A stretch of DNA of 62,293 bases, the filler included, from Nemertoderma westbladi (Eukaryota > Animalia > Xenacoelomorpha): assembly GCA_032718475.1 (NCBI GenBank). It is 3 parts of 3 records of this genome, joined end to end, with 100 filler letters (N's around TTAATTAATTAA, not from the genome) between each part and the next. Parts side by side here need not be neighbours in the genome. Positions count along the whole stretch, not along the records: positions 50,513 to 62,293 come from JAUCBJ010000470.1; 2 more parts are not named here. One strand, 5' to 3'. The position numbers and the translations under genes were made by a program. The notes beneath the pieces are model-generated. The model worked only from the letters and a program-made list of their open reading frames with translations. It was not told where the DNA came from and did no database searches. Positions 59,943 through 62,293 of the stretch are shown here, in pieces. Position 1 is the first letter of the stretch, and each line of letters begins with the position of its first letter.

Positions 59943-62293
59943 TCCGGCCGATGGCTGTAGCGTATAGAGCCGCTTTTAACTCCGCTCGAGGAACTTTTCA
60001 ACTTGTTGTTTATTAATGCCTTAGAGGTAACCAAGGCGACTTTAATTCCGTCCGGAGTTTCCACCCTTAGGTAGGCTACTATACCGATTCCCATATCGCT
60101 GGCGTCTCCAAACACATGGAGTTGATATGAATATGTAGGGAGAACATGACCAAAATATGAACGGGAAATTATGAAGTTTTCGATGGCTGGTAGAGAATCT
60201 TCCCATTTCATCCACTTCTTTAATAATTCTCCCTTAAGTGGATCGTCCCATGAGTGGTTTTCAAGCCACATTTGTTGTACTAAACTCCGAGCAATCAATA
60301 TAACTGGGCTAATAAATCCCAATGGATCGAAATAAGTGCTCAGGATACTTAAACAAATCCGTTTAGTCCGAACTGGATTATCTCGCTGTTTTAGTTGGAA
60401 AAACAGGATATCTCTTTCTGTGTCCCATTTCAAACCAAGGGTCTTAGTTTCTGGGAGATCATCCTTTATTAGATCTAGGTCTTTTGCTCCTCGATCTTCT
60501 ACCGGGATCGACTCCAGAAACTCACGGGAGTTGCTGGTGAATTTAGTTAATCGAAATCCACCTTTCTTTAAGCATTCCACCGTTCCTTTAGCGACCTCAA
60601 TGGCTTCTTCGACTGATGGAAGGGACTTCAGATTATCATCCATGTAGATGTATCGTTTGATATTGTCGATCACTTCTTTAGAGAAGGCGTCTCGGTTGTC
60701 ATCCGCAGTGGTGCGCACCACGGAACAGGCGTTTGAAGGGCTCGAGATTATCCCAAAAGCTTGGATGGTCATCCAGTATTCCACTGGTTTCTTATTGAGG
60801 TCTCCTTCGGGCCACCACAAAAATCGTAGACTATCTCGATCCCTATCCAGCGCTTTGACTTGTAAGAACATGCCTTCTATATCTGAGGCGAAAGCAATGG
60901 AATATTGTCTTAATCTTAAAAGTATTCCCAACAAGGATTGAAGTAAGTTGGGTCCGGGTAACAATTCAGAATTAAGAGATTGGCCCATATAAAGGGCGGA
61001 ACCGTCAAACACCACTCGCACTTCATGGGGTTTACCGGGTTTGGTAACGTAATGGTGAGTTAAGTAATACGTTCTCTCAGTTATAGGGGTTTCTTCCGGT
61101 ACTAGCTCCGCATATCCCTTGCTAATAAACTTCTTCAACTGTGTTTTATACATTTCTTTAGCTGAAAAATTTGCTGTAAGGCGTCGATGTAGTTGAGCAA
61201 TTCTTTTCTCCGCCAAAGGTCTGTTGTTGATAAACTTTGGTTCTCGCTTTCGGAAAGGAAGTCCGATCTCATACCTACCTTGATCTTTAAGAAAACGAGT
61301 AGTTGTCGCTTGGATCTGCTTGGCTCTTTCTTCCTCCACCGATAGGGCCTTATCGTAGGAGTTGGGCTCTACGACCTCTTGAGTAAAGAATCTCATGGCG
61401 TGTTCATCCCGAGTCTTGGCATTATAACGTTCAATGACGTCATTAAGCTCGTCGTTATAGTCGTCTCGCTCGGATGGGAGAAGGAGTTGACATAAGTTCA
61501 CTTGATTTTGCCAAGTCTCGCTTTCCTTAAGGAGATCGATGGCATTCTCCTCATCAAAGAGTTGATGTATATCGTCGTTGTCTGAGGAGTATGGAGTTCC
61601 CTCAGTTGGATCGTCGAACTCACTGTTCTCAACTTCCCATTCTCGCGCTTGATATACCTGATCTTTAGGTAATCTTTCCATTAGAGTTCTACGGGAAGGG
61701 CCAGTAAAGTACCAACCTACTCTAGTTCTTCCCGCATAAACTTGTAGAGGTTGCGGTTGAGCAGGTCGTTTCTCTAATGTCTCGAGCGCTTCATGCGCAT
61801 TTTGACCGATGAGTATTTGCACTCCAGGATAATCTGTCTGGAATCGAGGTATCTTAAGATGTTGGATGCTCTCATCCTCGTCCCAATTATAAAGGTCTGC
61901 TTGAGTAGTAGCGAAGTTCTTTATAGCCACCATTTTCACTGACCTTATGCTATGTTCTCCTAGTTCGTCCTGGGGGGTGGACAACGCACCTACATAATAA
62001 TCCGCGGTTACTGTGGATTTCCAAACTTGCATAATTCCTGACATGTTTAGCTTAGTTTGGAACTTGGGTTGTCCAGCGAATATGTCTTCGGCTAGCTCTT
62101 TGTCGATGAATGTTCCTGTACTACCGGAGTCAAGGAGGGCGTTCACTACATAACTCCTTTTTGGTCCGTGGACCCTTACCTGTACCACAGGAAATTCTCT
62201 AATCCCTACATTGGAAGTTGGCGCTTTCAAAGATGGTTGTCGATCCGAAGTAGTTAGAGCGAGGTCAATGTCTGTATCTTTTTCATAAATGAG
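59943..62293 (-). mobile_element. BEL/Pao pol fragment (protease-RT-RNase H), 3'-truncated and frameshifted
   Basis: Closely similar to the 2039-aa ORF; extra A at ~59996 (LKSS vs LKVP); homology ends abruptly against the hAT remnant. Confidence 0.92.

Overview
Eukaryotic (animal-like, spliceosomal introns) genomic DNA in three contigs joined by artificial N44-TTAATTAATTAA-N44 linkers (20546-20645, 50413-50512). Host genes: the first two exons of PA2G4/Ebp1; an intronless TRAPPC12 plus a truncated tandem duplicate; a two-exon type-2 cystatin whose ~14.2 kb intron is mostly a 46-bp satellite made from its own exon/5' splice-site junction, with two RTE-type LINE copies inside; a 5'-truncated cathepsin F-like fragment; and the first two exons of FICD/HYPE. 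Pieces of four related BEL/Pao LTR retrotransposons dominate the window. They show several unusual traits. There is a non-env accessory ORF between pol and the 3' LTR (zinc knuckles, Arg/Lys-rich tail) with conserved ends but a different middle in two copies. A hairpin just upstream of it is conserved through wobble-type changes. The 5' LTR is followed by no tRNA primer site but by a sequence complementary to the predicted transcript 5' end, resembling Tf1 self-priming. Also present: a Ginger1-like MITE, a hAT remnant, foldback elements and a 53-bp satellite. All alignments and translations beyond the ORF track were done by eye.
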